Below, piece by piece: positions 21,533-34,549 of a DNA stretch of 64,000 nt (its first letter is position 1; the number at the start of each line of letters is the position of its first letter). Source of the stretch: Phallusia mammillata (Eukaryota); assembly GCA_965637545.1 (NCBI GenBank), contig OZ281496.1, forward strand, positions 20,770,001 through 20,834,000, given 5' to 3'. The notes below the pieces were generated by a model. It made no database searches. It saw only the letters and a program-made list of their open reading frames with translations, and was not told the DNA's origin. The position numbers and the translations under genes are program-made.

Positions 21533-24500
21533 GGTGTTTAATTTAAGTTTTCCTGTCCAACCTATGTAAATAAATAAAACAGTATGTAGCTTTTCCTTAA
21601 AATGCCGTAAAAAACACATGGCAAACGCATTGTGTCCGGAATATGTACGTTGTATGCTAACTAAATTTTGAAACGCCCGATAAAAATTTTAAATAAATTT
21701 TAATAAAACGCACTACTAAAGTTCGCCGTAACCTTACTTTTAGTTCTAAAAAACTAACTAAGTGCTAACTGAGCTCCTTCGATATTCTACCGATACAATA
21801 CCCTTCTGACTTTGTAACGGGTAAGTGAGCGCGCTTTAAACGGTTAAGCCACCCCAAATCAACAAAAAATACGACGGGCTGGCACTCCCAATGTTATTGC
21901 GATCACCTGAAGCTATGTGAGCCATAATGCACTGACACAAGGTGCTTTCTAATTTCCCCTTCTTATAGTCTCACTCAGCGGAAGAGAACGCCCATTAAGG
22001 TAAATCAACATAGGGTACTTCGATTGGAGTACGTCAGGAGGGGTGATCAATTAACGTTGGCCATTTGGTAATTGCTCGACTGAGCTGTCAATTGCACCCT
22101 TATTGCTTGGTAAAGGATGGGCCGGCTGTAGTACCACGAAAAGCGCTGTAAATTACAACCCAATGTGTGTTTTGCGCCGTATACAACGACCGAGGCAACT
22201 GAAGGACAAAGGTTAGATGCAAAATCGTGGGCATGACACTGTGGACTGGACTGGTACCTGGGAAATTAATTTTATAAGACTTCAAGGTGTCTTTTATGCA
22301 AATAATTGAAAACTTTCATATATTTTTAAGCTGCGTGAATTTAAAAATAAATGCCTTCAATTACGGCAGATCTGACACATAAATTCAAATCAAGGGTTGT
22401 TTTAATGTTTCGTTCTTGCAATACATAACCCGTGAAAAAAATAATACAATTTAATTCGACTTCTGGAAACATACAATATCAACTACCGACGCAAAAAATA
22501 AAAATAAACAAAAACGAAAATATCCCGTGGGTGTTTAAAGTACGCGTTGAAGGGTTTGGGGCTGGTGGTGTAAATGTATTTAAATTTATTTACACAAGCT
22601 GTCCCTCTGTATCTAAAATTTCAATTACCTGCTTCAAAAGGCCCTTCCACAACTATATTTTCAACATTGGTCTTTTAAACACCTTCCCATCAATTTATGA
22701 CATTAAAGCACTTTATGTGTGATTTCAAATCATGAACCTAAATGGATAAAAAAAAAACTTCAAATAGACTGCCATAACATGCAGAATACAAAACTTCATA
22801 GAAAACACGAACAAAATTTCAACTTCCATCAAAACGACATCGACCACAAACCGTTCAACTAATTACTACAATGCACATCACGTTTGGGGAAGCTCATATT
22901 GCTACCTGGTCGTTACAAAGTACCGTCAATTATCAGATAATCGTATTTTCCAGTCGATTACTAGCGCCAAGTGCTAATTAGTTTTCCGTGTGGTGCGCTG
23001 TAATCGAAGTTGGTTCCCTAAGAGTAGATGCGTTGCTGTCAGCTTGAGATGTTTGTTTTTTCACAGACAAACTACACATTATCGAAAAAGGTGTGGGTCA
23101 CAAAACTTATAATATCAGCCGGATTATAACCAATCACTTTATTCAATCTGTAGGTGCCCATGGGGTTTTGAACTGCATTTACGAACCACAGTGCCGTTAA
23201 CTACTGTACATAAATGTGTCGCGAAATAACCGTTTTTCGGAGTGGCACTTTTATTTTGTTTAGGGGCTTGATAACGTATACCGGGTGTGTCATTAAGCTT
23301 AATTGTCAGCAAAAGCAGCGTTACACATCAGAGTAAAAACGCAAAATTATTTGTTTCGACAATTAGTGTTTTCGGTTAAGTGTGCATCGTGCAAAACAAT
23401 AGCTTGGCGGTTTTCCGAAAGCTTAATAAAGTTCTGCAACATTTCTTTGGTAGATTTCGCCGCATCCCGATTCAAGAGAAATTGTAAGCAAAAAAGTTTT
23501 TTTGCGTCAGCACATCCTCAACACCGAAGTCTTTCTTGTTTTACGTTCGTAACCATAAGGGCTGTGGGAACCCCGTTTAACCCAGAAAACCGGTTTCCCC
23601 AGTACCCCTATACAGCGCGCGAAAATAGAAAAACCTTAAAGAAATTAATGTCTCCAATAAAAAAATCAGTAATAAGTTACGTCACGTGTAAGCAGTTATG
23701 CAAGTTTGTAACCGCACAAATTTGAATGAAAATTAACCATTTATGTAACCTTAATTTATTTACGCTAAGAATATACTAACAGTAATTAGTTAATAGCAGC
23801 ACATAAAAACAACCAAAAAATATAAATTAAAAAATCGGTTATCAAATTTGGCATGTAACTTACCAGTGACGTAACGGGTACACGTTTTCACGTCACCGAA
23901 ATATATAATGGCCGCCAACTAGGCAGGTGTGGAAAGGATTACTGAGCCTAACCCAATGGGTGGAACAATGTGATCGAGATTAAAGAAGAAGTAAATGACA
24001 ATAATTGCTGGGAATGGCAGTTATCCCTTGTATTTTGACAATGGGCGGAGGATTTAAATATGACCTTAGCAAACATAGTTACATTGCTCAAGTTTGGAAC
24101 GAAAAATAACTTCCTTGACCGATATCCTGAAAAAACGATGGGTGATTTGCATGTAATGTTGTTATGTCGAGGTGTTACATGTTTTTGGACATGATTTGCA
24201 TTGAAGTTACATGTTTTTATGTCGAGGCGTTTTTCTCCTGCCTAATTGCTGCATCGGAACACTAGATTATGACTTTAAAAGTAGATCAATCAAAACACGG
24301 AACTGACTAAGGGTTTGCATGATGGTTATGGTAAAGGTTGCAAAGATTACTACATCATACATTGCTTAAACAACCGTATTAAATGCATTTAAACCACACA
24401 AGCTTTTGATCAGTTTTGTGTTTTCATTTAGTTAATTTTGAAAATATATTGTACTTCAAAACAAAGTTATGATTCGGAACGTTTATGGCTTTAGTTTGAA

Positions 24501-24572
24501 ACAACAGGTTTACACTTGGTATGATTCGTGCCGAGATTTTGGCTTCTTTTTCACAACATTTGTGGTTTGAAC

Positions 24573-24720
24573 CAGAGCTCTAAGTCGGGGCCGGGTTCAG
24601 GTTTAGGTTTCTTGAAAAAAAACGGACTTAATTCGGACCTGACTTCATACTCTAAACTCTAAAGTCTAAACCAGTGGTTCCCAACCGGGGAGAATTTTAT
24701 CAGTTCAGGGGAGGAATTTC
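24573..24720. mobile_element. Fragments of two hAT-type MITEs
   Basis: 24573-24650 resembles the left end of the 14878 family (CAGAG..AAGTCGGG.CCGGGTTC..GACCTGACTT); 24672 starts CAGTGGTTCCCAACC. No right ends found. Confidence 0.5.
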
Positions 24721-26159
24721 ATAAAAACTGCCAAAAAAATACATTGTAAATGTTACAGAATATTTTTGTTTGTACATTATTATGTCCATTATAATTTGGA
24801 CCCGGTTCACATTTGGTAAAGGCTTCTGAATGGACATCCCTAATTATAAGGTCTAATTATTATATATAAGGTCATCTGGGATTTTAACCAGTAGCTTTAC
24901 GAGAGGGTAATACGTTAACCACCTAATTATCTCAAATCGTCTTGAATTAATATTATCGTGAGTTTTCTTCACATGACGTCATATTTCAGTTGCACAATCT
25001 CTTTAAAATGAAACTTAAAACGGTTGTTTATTGTTTCAACAGCCGAAATACCATTTACTTTTTTTTTTTTTTTACTTACTCGAAAATAAAATTGAGTCCC
25101 AAGATTCTTTAAAATATTAAGCCCGCTAATCTACTTTTTTCGCTTTTAGCTTTTACCTTATTTAGCTTTTACCTTAAGATGGGGGGATAAAACCTCAGTA
25201 TCTTCTAAACTAGTCAACATAAAAGTAAACAAGATTTTAAAACAAGCAAACGTGTTTTTTACGTGTTACTATATCTACAATAATTTTAGGGGACAATCTC
25301 TACAAGCCTTCCCCACTTAAAGTGGCAGAAATACAGTCGCGTGGCGATTTTATATCTCCCTCAAATAAGTACCATTATAAACAACAACGTCAAAAACGCA
25401 GATACGATACTGTAACATGAATATTTACAAACATTGGGCATCACCAACAGTAGGGTTTCGGAAATGGGATATTACTAAGGGACTTTTAGCGACGTGGCAA
25501 ACTTAGCCAAATTGGCCTATTAGGTGAAGCCATATCCTTAACAACGAATGCATTATGGCTAAATCAACCGCAACAACTCATATCCGTCACCTTACACTTA
25601 GGTTCATCATTTATCAAGTAATTAGCACTTAAGTTTCTGATATCCTGCCAGATGAGACAGATTAAATCAAAACAACACACGAACTTGGCAATTATTGTTC
25701 GTGTGAGGTGGAAACTATTATTAAGCGTGTAGGCCTACTGAGCAAATTTACTTGATTAAATTAATTAACGTGTTTTAATTAGGATTTAAACATCACAGTA
25801 GTTGGATACAATCGTTATGTGGTCAAAAAAGTGTCATTGTTTGTGTTGATTGCGTATTGTGACGTAGAGAACAACTGGGGGATATCATATAAAAGCGAGA
25901 GCAAAAATTTAAGGTCATGCATTCATGAAATTACCAGGGTAAAAGTAAGATCATAAGAGGTGTACATATAAAATAAACAGGTAGAAAAGCGATATGTTAG
26001 CATAATTATGAAGTGATATGTTAGTTTAAAAACGCTCAGAGACAGTTGTTGTATTTTGTGTCTTTTTGGGGTTTTAACGAGCGATTTGTGTTTGTTTTAG
26101 AAAATTCATATTTTCACTATTCAAAAACGCCTGACAGGCTAAAAAAGGAAAAACAAAAA

Positions 26160-29100
26160 ATGCTGCGTATAATAATTTTAACGGCAATTGCAGTTGTAGT
26201 ACTGGGAGAACCCCCAGTAAAAGTCGACCGATCAGGAAGATATGTTACAACTGCATGTTGTAAGTATTTCTAAAACTATTTTACAACTTTATCGGAAAAT
26301 ATTTACAAAATGTATACTTGTGCAAAAAAATTTATGCAAAACAAAAAAGGCCAAGGCCAACTACGAGAACTTTTTAACCTATATTGTACATAAAAATCAT
26401 AGTACGCCAGACCTATTGAACAAAGAGTGTATCCTATACCTGGCATTTTACAAAACAGTTAAACAAAAATTTTATGCAGCGGAACATTGTGAAGACGAAA
26501 AGGGGAGATGCGGTATACCTGGAATGAAAGCGTTTTGCGACCACCGTGATTACAAAGCTCTAGTGCGAGAGAAATGTCCACGTTTGTGTGGAACCTGCAC
26601 ACCTTGTAGCGCTACCAAGATGAGGTGTTCTCTTGGTAAGTAAAATCAAGGAATTAAATGACCTAAAAGATAAAAACTGACCTGAATACTACTATGGTAC
26701 AAAAGAAAATTTATATTACCCACTGAATTGCTCAGGGCCAATGACTTAAAAGTTAATATTTCTTGGCCACATTTTCTTTTACATGTATTTCATACTGTTA
26801 TTAGAACACAATTTCAGTGTTCGCTTGGGCAGTGGTCGGCAAACGAAGACCGTTACCGGGCCGAACATTTTTTCAGGTTCAGTGCATTAAAACATTTTGC
26901 CCATGTATCCCTGGGATGATAAACTAATTTGGGCGTTTTCATTGCTGAATATTTGTTGTTTTGTTGGCCGGTCCTCGATAAAATTTCAGTTTCGAAAACG
27001 CTACGCAGTAAAACAAGGTTGCCGACCGCTGCGCTAAAGATTGTTTTGGGTCAGAAGTTGTATACATGGTGTATTTTTGGATGAACCTTAACATTCTTGG
27101 ATCGTAGAAAGTAACAAACCCTCGTTAAACCTTTGCTTAATTTATGTCCAAAGATTGTAAAGATGAAAACAAGTGGTGCCCTACCATGTACAAGTTCTAC
27201 TGCAATCACCCAGCGTACGGACTGAACATCAGGAAGCAGTGCAAGAAGACGTGTGCTGTTTGCAAATCCTGTGAGCCTGAAAAAGTACCAAGATGTGATC
27301 CAGGTAACATAAACAATCGCAAAACAAACAAACAATTGGATGAAAAAATTTACAAATACATTTCGATTTCCTTTTTTTATCCTGACAAACCAAACAACGC
27401 TAACCAAAACTTCTGCGTTATCTTTGATCAGTTAAAACAACGTAAAGCTGTAATTTTAGGTTGTCGTGATTTTGACCCGGCTTGCAAGTACTGGGATACG
27501 AAAATGAATTATTGCGAGGGTTCGATCTACTCCAAGTGGATGAAGAATAGATGTCCTTTGAGTTGTGGCGAGTGTAGATATTGTGCTTTGCCCACAATTC
27601 CAGCAACCACAAGAAGACCTGTATTCACTAGACCACAGGCCACGACAAAATACATCAGAACTACACCAAAACGTAAGAAGTTGAATTTATGTGAAAGATT
27701 TTGCACATTTTCAAACCTCGTAGTCTTCCATTACTATGAATTGTTAAACAACGTACATAACAAGCCGTCGCCTGTCGTACTTTTCACAAAAAAGCTATCG
27801 CCTTTTATATCCATTTAAATCCCATGTAGATGCAATTTAGGGATAAATATTATCCTCAGTGAACAGTTTACTACTATAAATCGCTGATTTCAGCTTAAAC
27901 CACAATGCCAAAAATTTTACGCTAAAAATTTACCACACCCATGACTTAACGGTAATATCTATCATCCAGCAATCACACGTCCCACCAAGCCAACGCCGAA
28001 TAAGTGTGAACGTGGACGAACCGTTGGAGTTTCTGTAGCTGATCAATGTCTTAACACTCACAACTATTACCGATGTCTTCACGGAGCCCAACCTCTGAGG
28101 TACGACCACGGACTCGAAAGAAGTGCTCAACGTTATGCCAACAGACTACCCACAATGTCTGAACTGCAAGCATCAAGGATTGGTGAGGACTCTTTTTAAC
28201 ATATTGCGTTTACTCTATTTTTGTGCCACGTTAATGTAATGTCGTTCCAAACTTTCAACCCAAATTCACAGAAATAAGGTACGTAACCTAAAACAGCAGA
28301 GACAAAATAGCGTAGAGATTATCAAGTAATCACGAATAATGTGCAGGGATATAGCTGACACCCTTCACAAATATGCGTTGGGACTTACTTTTACCAACGA
28401 CCATTAAGAGTTGCGCAACATTTTGGAGCGTCTAACAGTAATGTATACAATGTCTTTGCTTCAAATTTAAACAATAACGATACAACAACAAGTCATACAC
28501 GAACAAATAAGCATACATCATTTCTTATTTTACAAACTGTCCTACACCTGGCACCTATAGTTTTATATCGTTTCGTTTTTTAAAATTTATTCTTTACTTT
28601 TTTCAGGGGTTGATCGTGGTGACAACGTTGGTGAAAACATGGCCTGGACATTCGACCGTAGCAGGAAACTCGATGTAAATCAGGCGATTAGTCAATGGTA
28701 CGCTGGAGGCCTAAACTACGACTACGATGATCAGGGCTACACACATGAATCTGGTAAATGACAGATCAACACTGAATTTTGTATTTCCGAAGCTTTTGAT
28801 CACTAAAGCTAAATTATAAGCTGTACTAATTTGAAGTCCTAATTAAAAGTGATAAACTTATGGAAACTTTTCAACAACGTTTAGTTTAAATTGAACAATT
28901 ACTTTATGTAAAACGAGTTGAAACTGTTGGATAGCACAGTAAACGTAAATGATGATTTTAAAACATAATATAGCCTAGAAGTTAATTTACCATGACCTCC
29001 ATGACCAATATAGAAGACATATAAGCGGGAAACGAAACCAGAATTCATAACGCAGCAATTAAATGTAAATGTTTCTTTTGGCAGAGCACTTTACACAAGT

Positions 29101-29797
29101 TATATGGCGCGAGACCGAAACTATTGGATGTGCAGTGAAGAAGTACAAGGACGAAACTTACATTGTCGCCCACTACAGGACTATGGGAAATATTGACAAT
29201 GACTATATGTACAACGTGAGAAAACCCAAAGGTAAAAGATTAATTATTTTATGAATGATGTTACAGCTTAATAGAGAAGTGAATGAATCGGAATTAACTG
29301 CATGTAATGAGCACACTGTAAGCTTCAAAAAGTCTAAAGGAGTAAACGATTTTTCAATGACATATATTTGTCTCGAGTAATTGGCAACTTTAGTAGGCTA
29401 TCTTATTATAATACAACTTTTAACAATACAAAAAAATGATTAAAAATTATTGTCAAATACCGAAACAAGCCATACAAAATCACAATGCCAAGAAACAAAA
29501 GCGAATGTGAGGATTACATGTAGTTCGCGTAAATTAATGAAACCATTGTTTACAGACACATGCAAGTCGAAATGCCCTAGGGGAAGTTGTCAAGGTAACC
29601 AACCTCGCTTTGACGATGACTGCGATTGTGACCGATCAGGAAATCCAATCTGTTACGGACTCTGTGTGGTGCATTGTGAACAGCCTCAAGACTTTTATGA
29701 TGAATGGGTAGCCAGTTGTGAGGGCGCCATCTCGTGTACATGTAGCTTGCCAAGCGATTGGGCGCGTGGTGCCCCCAAAGGAGCAATGTGCCGATAA
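26160..29797 (+). CDS. Gene B: secreted ShKx3-CAP-Cys12 protein
   Basis: Exons 26160-26259, 26480-26635, 27154-27303, 27460-27672, 27970-28182, 28607-28753, 29085-29231, 29556-29797. Signal MLRIIILTAIAVVVLG; CPRLCGTC, CKKTCAVC, CPLSCGEC; THNYYRCLH, VGENMAW, HFTQVIW. TATA-like TATAAAA near 25888, AATAAA near 30038. Confidence 0.92.
26830..27031. mobile_element. hAT-type MITE in gene B intron 2
   Basis: TIR CAGTGGTCGGCAA...TTGCCGACCGCTG; flanks CGCTTGGG / CGCTAAAG match only partly (old TSD). Confidence 0.65.
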
Positions 29798-30413
29798 GGG
29801 TCAATTGATCTAGTTTTGGTATTTTTATAATATTTTATGACAATTGTCATTGTACTGCAATGATGCACCTCATTAATTGATTAAAAAAAGTGCACCTTAT
29901 TCTACGCCGTGCTCTTTCTAAAACTATTATTCGTACGTTTTTATTTTATTTTGTGTATTGATTATTTTTGAATCAGGTGTTCTTCACCACGATTCGCATT
30001 TTGCGTTACTGTTTGTGTTTTGATGAGCGATCTCGTGAATAAATAATATATTTCCTCTCATAAAAAGATTTTGTAATGTCTATTTATAGGTCAACTATAT
30101 AATATCTATACGTACGGCATCCCACCATTTAACAGTTTTGTAATAGTCTGGCACACCTTATCATTGAAGCCATTTAAAAAAAGGAACTATTCGAAAGACA
30201 AGAAAGTAAATACAAGTTATGAAAGAGCCATGTTTGGTACTGCTTTCCTTTTTGTACAATGCAGTAGAATCCAACAAATATTCAACATAAAAACAACCTT
30301 CCCGTCACAGTCTTATGTTGCTAATAAAAAGAAAGTAGAAAAAAAAATTAATGACGCTTGAAAAAGGAAAACACTACAAACCCCGGGAGACTAATTTAAA
30401 GGAATTAAATACG

Positions 30414-31893
30414 CAAGTAGGCTAAACCTCGGTTAATCCGGACCTAATTGGACTACAAAATACATCCGGATTAGGCGAAGATCTGGTTTAATTCCCTTTT
30501 TAATGCCTGACTGTGTCTAATTAGTTCTAGGTCGGTACAAACCATCTTAATTGAGATCATTACCTACCTAACAACAATACGATCAAAAAAAGAATTTATT
30601 GATAAATTAACATCGTACAAATTAATATTAGCATATCAAATGATTTAGTTTGTCGTCTTGGATTGTCGAGGGCATTTCAGCAACTGTTCCATAAGTATAC
30701 CCGCTATTTCGATAATTGGGCCATCCATTTCATGACATGAACACCTAAGTGAATAGCGCTGGAGCGTTTGTATGGCCGCGTAAGCATCGTTTATGCTAGG
30801 TACAAGTTCTTCCTTAACTGCAGCTTGACTTTTGTTTTCTGTATTTCCATCATTGTCTATTAGCCCTTCGACCACAGGATCCATTACGACCTGTGTGATT
30901 TGTTCGTCTGTGAGATCACTTGACGTTTCAACTGTGTTGTCTATTGATACATTATGCGGCGTGCGATCTTCTTTGTGTTTTTCATCTTTACATTCTCCAA
31001 CGATTTTATTATCGGCACCACCAGACCCAGCAGCTTTTTTAACGCGACTAAAGCCATGACGCTTTTTCCAACGATCAATCCAAGCCTTTGAGATTGTCTG
31101 TTTTGGTAATGTGTCCACCGACAGAGCTGCTAAAAACTTCCTTGCCTGTTGGTGTAGCATAGGACCATCAGTACGGAGTTGTGGGTCACACGATCGCTGC
31201 TGAAACCAAATCAATAGAGCTTTGTCCACTTCAGGCTGTGAGCTTTTTCTCAAGCGCTTACTGCTAGACAGAGAGCTACCTTTAGAAAGTTGAGCACGAA
31301 TTTTGTCCGAATTCTTTATTAGGTCGCTTAAAGTCTTTGGGTTTATACCAAAATGCGCGGCAATAGTTTTCTTTTTCATTAAAGGATTTTCATTAACATA
31401 TTGTACGATTTTTAACTTTTCTTCCAGTGTTCTGTCCTGATGACTTCGTTTCTTTCGCTCAGACATCTTTGCAACGTACAGTTTTCAGCAAAGCACAGTA
31501 CACGTTCAGTAAACCAAAGCCAATATCTAACTAGCGTCTGGATACCTAACAAACACATTAACTACACATTACTTTTGGATACCTAAAAACATTGAACTAC
31601 AAACAAGACAATTACATTATACGTCTTATGCACTGCAATAATTCCAGTTAGTCGACCGAGCGCTCACAATAAAGTGTTGTAGACAGTGGAGCGCAATGCA
31701 GTGAAAAAAGTTGCCCACAGCAAGCAGAAAAGCATTTTTTCTCCGGATTAGCCGAAGATCCGGATTATGATAAACCGAGGCGTCTTGTTAATGAAAACAA
31801 ATCTTTTGTACCGCAAGTTTACTTCGGATTAGACGAGGTCCGGGTTACACGCATCCGGATTAACCGAGATTTCCGAATTAACCGCTTGACTTG
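30414..31893 (-). mobile_element. Tigger/pogo-family DNA transposon derivative, internally deleted
   Basis: Inverted ends (CTCGGTTAATCCGG near 30428 / CCGGATTAACCGAG near 31855) and repeated CCGGATTA subterminal motifs enclose the ORF below; boundaries approximate. Confidence 0.8.
30645..31466 (-). CDS. CENP-B/Tigger-type DNA-binding protein (two HTH domains plus C-terminal tail) lacking the DDE domain
   Basis: 273-aa open frame: TLEEKLKIV..IAAHFGINPKTLSDLIKN (HTH 1); VDKALLIWF..DGPMLHQQA..SKAWIDRWKKRHG (HTH 2); then jumps to the tail SIDNTVETSSDLTDEQI..PSINDAYAAIQTL. Confidence 0.85.
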   Translation of the reverse strand: MSERKKRSHQDRTLEEKLKIVQYVNENPLMKKKTIAAHFGINPKTLSDLIKNSDKIRAQLSKGSSLSSSKRLRKSSQPEVDKALLIWFQQRSCDPQLRTDGPMLHQQARKFLAALSVDTLPKQTISKAWIDRWKKRHGFSRVKKAAGSGGADNKIVGECKDEKHKEDRTPHNVSIDNTVETSSDLTDEQITQVVMDPVVEGLIDNDGNTENKSQAAVKEELVPSINDAYAAIQTLQRYSLRCSCHEMDGPIIEIAGILMEQLLKCPRQSKTTN

Positions 31894-32543
31894 TCAACCA
31901 GACCTATTTTAAACGTACAGTAGCTCCGTAAAAAAACTAAAATTTCATTTGTCCAGACGAAAATTACATGTTTTTTGTCTGGCGCCAATTGATAGGAGGT
32001 AATTAATCCTAAACAGATAGTAACGTAGAACTTAAGCGCCAAGGTAGGCAGACATAAGCAATTCATAAATGAATTAACCGTCAAACACAAACTCCAAGTT
32101 ATGGTAAAAACAACATTCATTGATCACACATGTATTTAACATAACCACACGTATATGCGTTTGAAAAAAAATACAGTATAGCGACCAAGACTAGCCTACA
32201 TATGCTTTGCGTTTAAATCTCGTTGGATTTTTTACGTTCGTGCTAAACTTTTGCAACGTCAATGCCTATTTCATGAAATCTTTCTTTACTGTTTGAAGTT
32301 TCGCAGAATGCAACTCATTGTAGATACACGGTGCGTAATTTAAAATCTGTTTGTAATTTTGTACATTTGAATCTGATGTTATTAAAGTTGGTATACCTAA
32401 ACGTTATTTGTGTACAATAAAATACCACAAAAATCTGCAAACACCCATAAAAACTATATCTCAATGCATTTTGTTGCTGGGTCATCGAAAGTTGCAGGCG
32501 GTTCATTTGTGTTGGGTGATAAACAATTTTTGACGAAAAAGGG

Positions 32544-32616
32544 AGGCACCACTGGGATTCGAACCCAGGATCTCCTGTTTACTAGACAGGCGCTGTAACC
32601 GCTTAGCCATGGCGCC
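32544..32616 (-). tRNA. trnT: tRNA-Thr (anticodon AGT)
   Basis: GGCGCCATGGCTAAGCGGTTACAGCGCCTGTCTAGTAAACAGGAGATCCTGGGTTCGAATCCCAGTGGTGCCT folds into a full cloverleaf, anticodon loop CTAGTAA, downstream TTTTT Pol III terminator at 32536-32540. Confidence 0.95.
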
Positions 32617-33404
32617 GCGAACGCTTCCGTCGTAATATCGTGTATTTATTTGTCGCTTACTCTTTTGTGAGCTCTTGTCACACTAAGCTTTGCGCTTTGC
32701 TATACGGTGTAGCTGCAGCGCGCTTAGTCATAAACCACAATTATTCTCCTTTTTGCGCTCCATAACGTTTCAACATTGCCCAGCTATTTTCAGCTAAGCG
32801 ATTGTTTAGTGTTATTGTGTCGCTCGCTATGTTTTCCTTCACCAAGCAAAATAAACTCAACTCAACAATTGTGTACTACACTGTTTGGTACTCAATAACT
32901 TTTCAACGTCGCCCAGCTCTTTCCGACTTAATAGTTTTGGTAGAGCTTAACACCATACCTCACTGGAGATTCCTTTTCACAAGGGGGCGTAAAGAGCTTA
33001 ATTTTTTAATTAGCGGCTAAAGAGGGGTTGGGTTGGGAAAGTTATTAAAATTTTTATATTAGTAAATAAATTTTGGGGTTAGTTTTATTGAATTTTAAAT
33101 GCCCTTATCCCGACCCTAATAGCCCAAACCGTGACCTATTGGGATATAACGTTTTAAATGCAAAAAAGTACTTCTTGCCGAAAATTAGGCACTTTTTGGC
33201 GTCGCGAGAGGTATGGCCAATTTTTGAAATATAGTGGCTCTGGTGCATTTAAGTCGCTTTATGTTAAAATTAATTACCTCAAACTTATTTAACGTTTGTA
33301 AACCCACTAAACAGACTGTTGGCCTGTCAAACCAATCACAAGAGTGACGACTAAGTGTCAGTATGGAATCGCAGCATTAGTAATTAAAGATCACTGGTCT
33401 AGAA

Positions 33405-33820
33405 CAGGGCTACTCAAACTTTCACAGATTGACAGTCTTAGCTTTTATGATGTCATAATCTATATTGTGACGCTTGTGGTATTGGCTTTTCGCATTGTTT
33501 GCACACTATAGGCATAAAAAAGTCTGGCGCTTATGGCTTCTAGGCTGGTAATATTCTTTTAAGTTCCACAAAATCAGTTTGAAAATCAAAATATTTTTAT
33601 TTACGTCAAGGGTGCCGTCAAGTACATATATTGTAATAAACATGTTCACGGCCGCAGGTTGCGCACGCCTCGTGTGTAGCCTTCACACGGGAATGATGTT
33701 GAACAATAAATGTACGCACATATGCCATTTATTGTGACTGACATAATAACTGTTATTATTAAATAACACATAATGTTTCGCGACCCCAAAATTATATTAT
33801 CCACAGTTTGAGAAGCCCTG
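33405..33820. mobile_element. hAT MITE
   Basis: TIR CAGGGCTACTCAAACT / AGTTTGAGAAGCCCTG, perfect 8-bp TSD GTCTAGAA. Confidence 0.9.
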
Positions 33821-34549
33821 GTCTAGAACATTAAAAATATTTAAAGTTAACACAAATTATAAAACATAGTTCGCAGTTCACTTGAACTGCCCCGTGTTGG
33901 TGTCAATCACGATAGACTCTAAAGTCTAAACTAATGTTTTTTTAAACATAAAAACTTGCTGCATCTACACAGTCCCACAAAACGTTAAGCCTTTGAAATC
34001 CACATAAATTTGACACAACGTGGATAAGCACGGCTGAGGAAGCGTTTGTGGAACCAGAAATAAACCCTTTCTACCTTTTTTAAACGTATCGACACATGTG
34101 CGAACATTTTTGCATTAACTATGACATCAGCTGCCGTTTAGTGCAACACATGATTGTAAGTTGCCACGTAATCCGAAGCAGCAAATAACAAAATTGTTTT
34201 ACTTTAAAACCTACGCACAATTCGTGTGTTTAACTTCATCAACTTATTACTAAGTTTATTGCGTCAATGTCAAATGCCAAAAGATTTACAAGATGTAATT
34301 TTGTCAATTATGGTAAACATTAAATGAGCGTTAATTTGACCAATCGTTGTCCTTTCACCTTAGCACCGCATAATTATTGGTTTTAATTTACCGTAATTAT
34401 TAAATCCCATCGTGATTTCTGCTACAACACAACACATCAGGCGTGGGCGTCAAACACATGGGTCAGGTATATAAGCCTGCAATGGTTGTACGAAATTCAA
34501 ACAAGAAGTAGCTGTTATCTGACAAGCGAAAGAATAAAAATACTCGACG

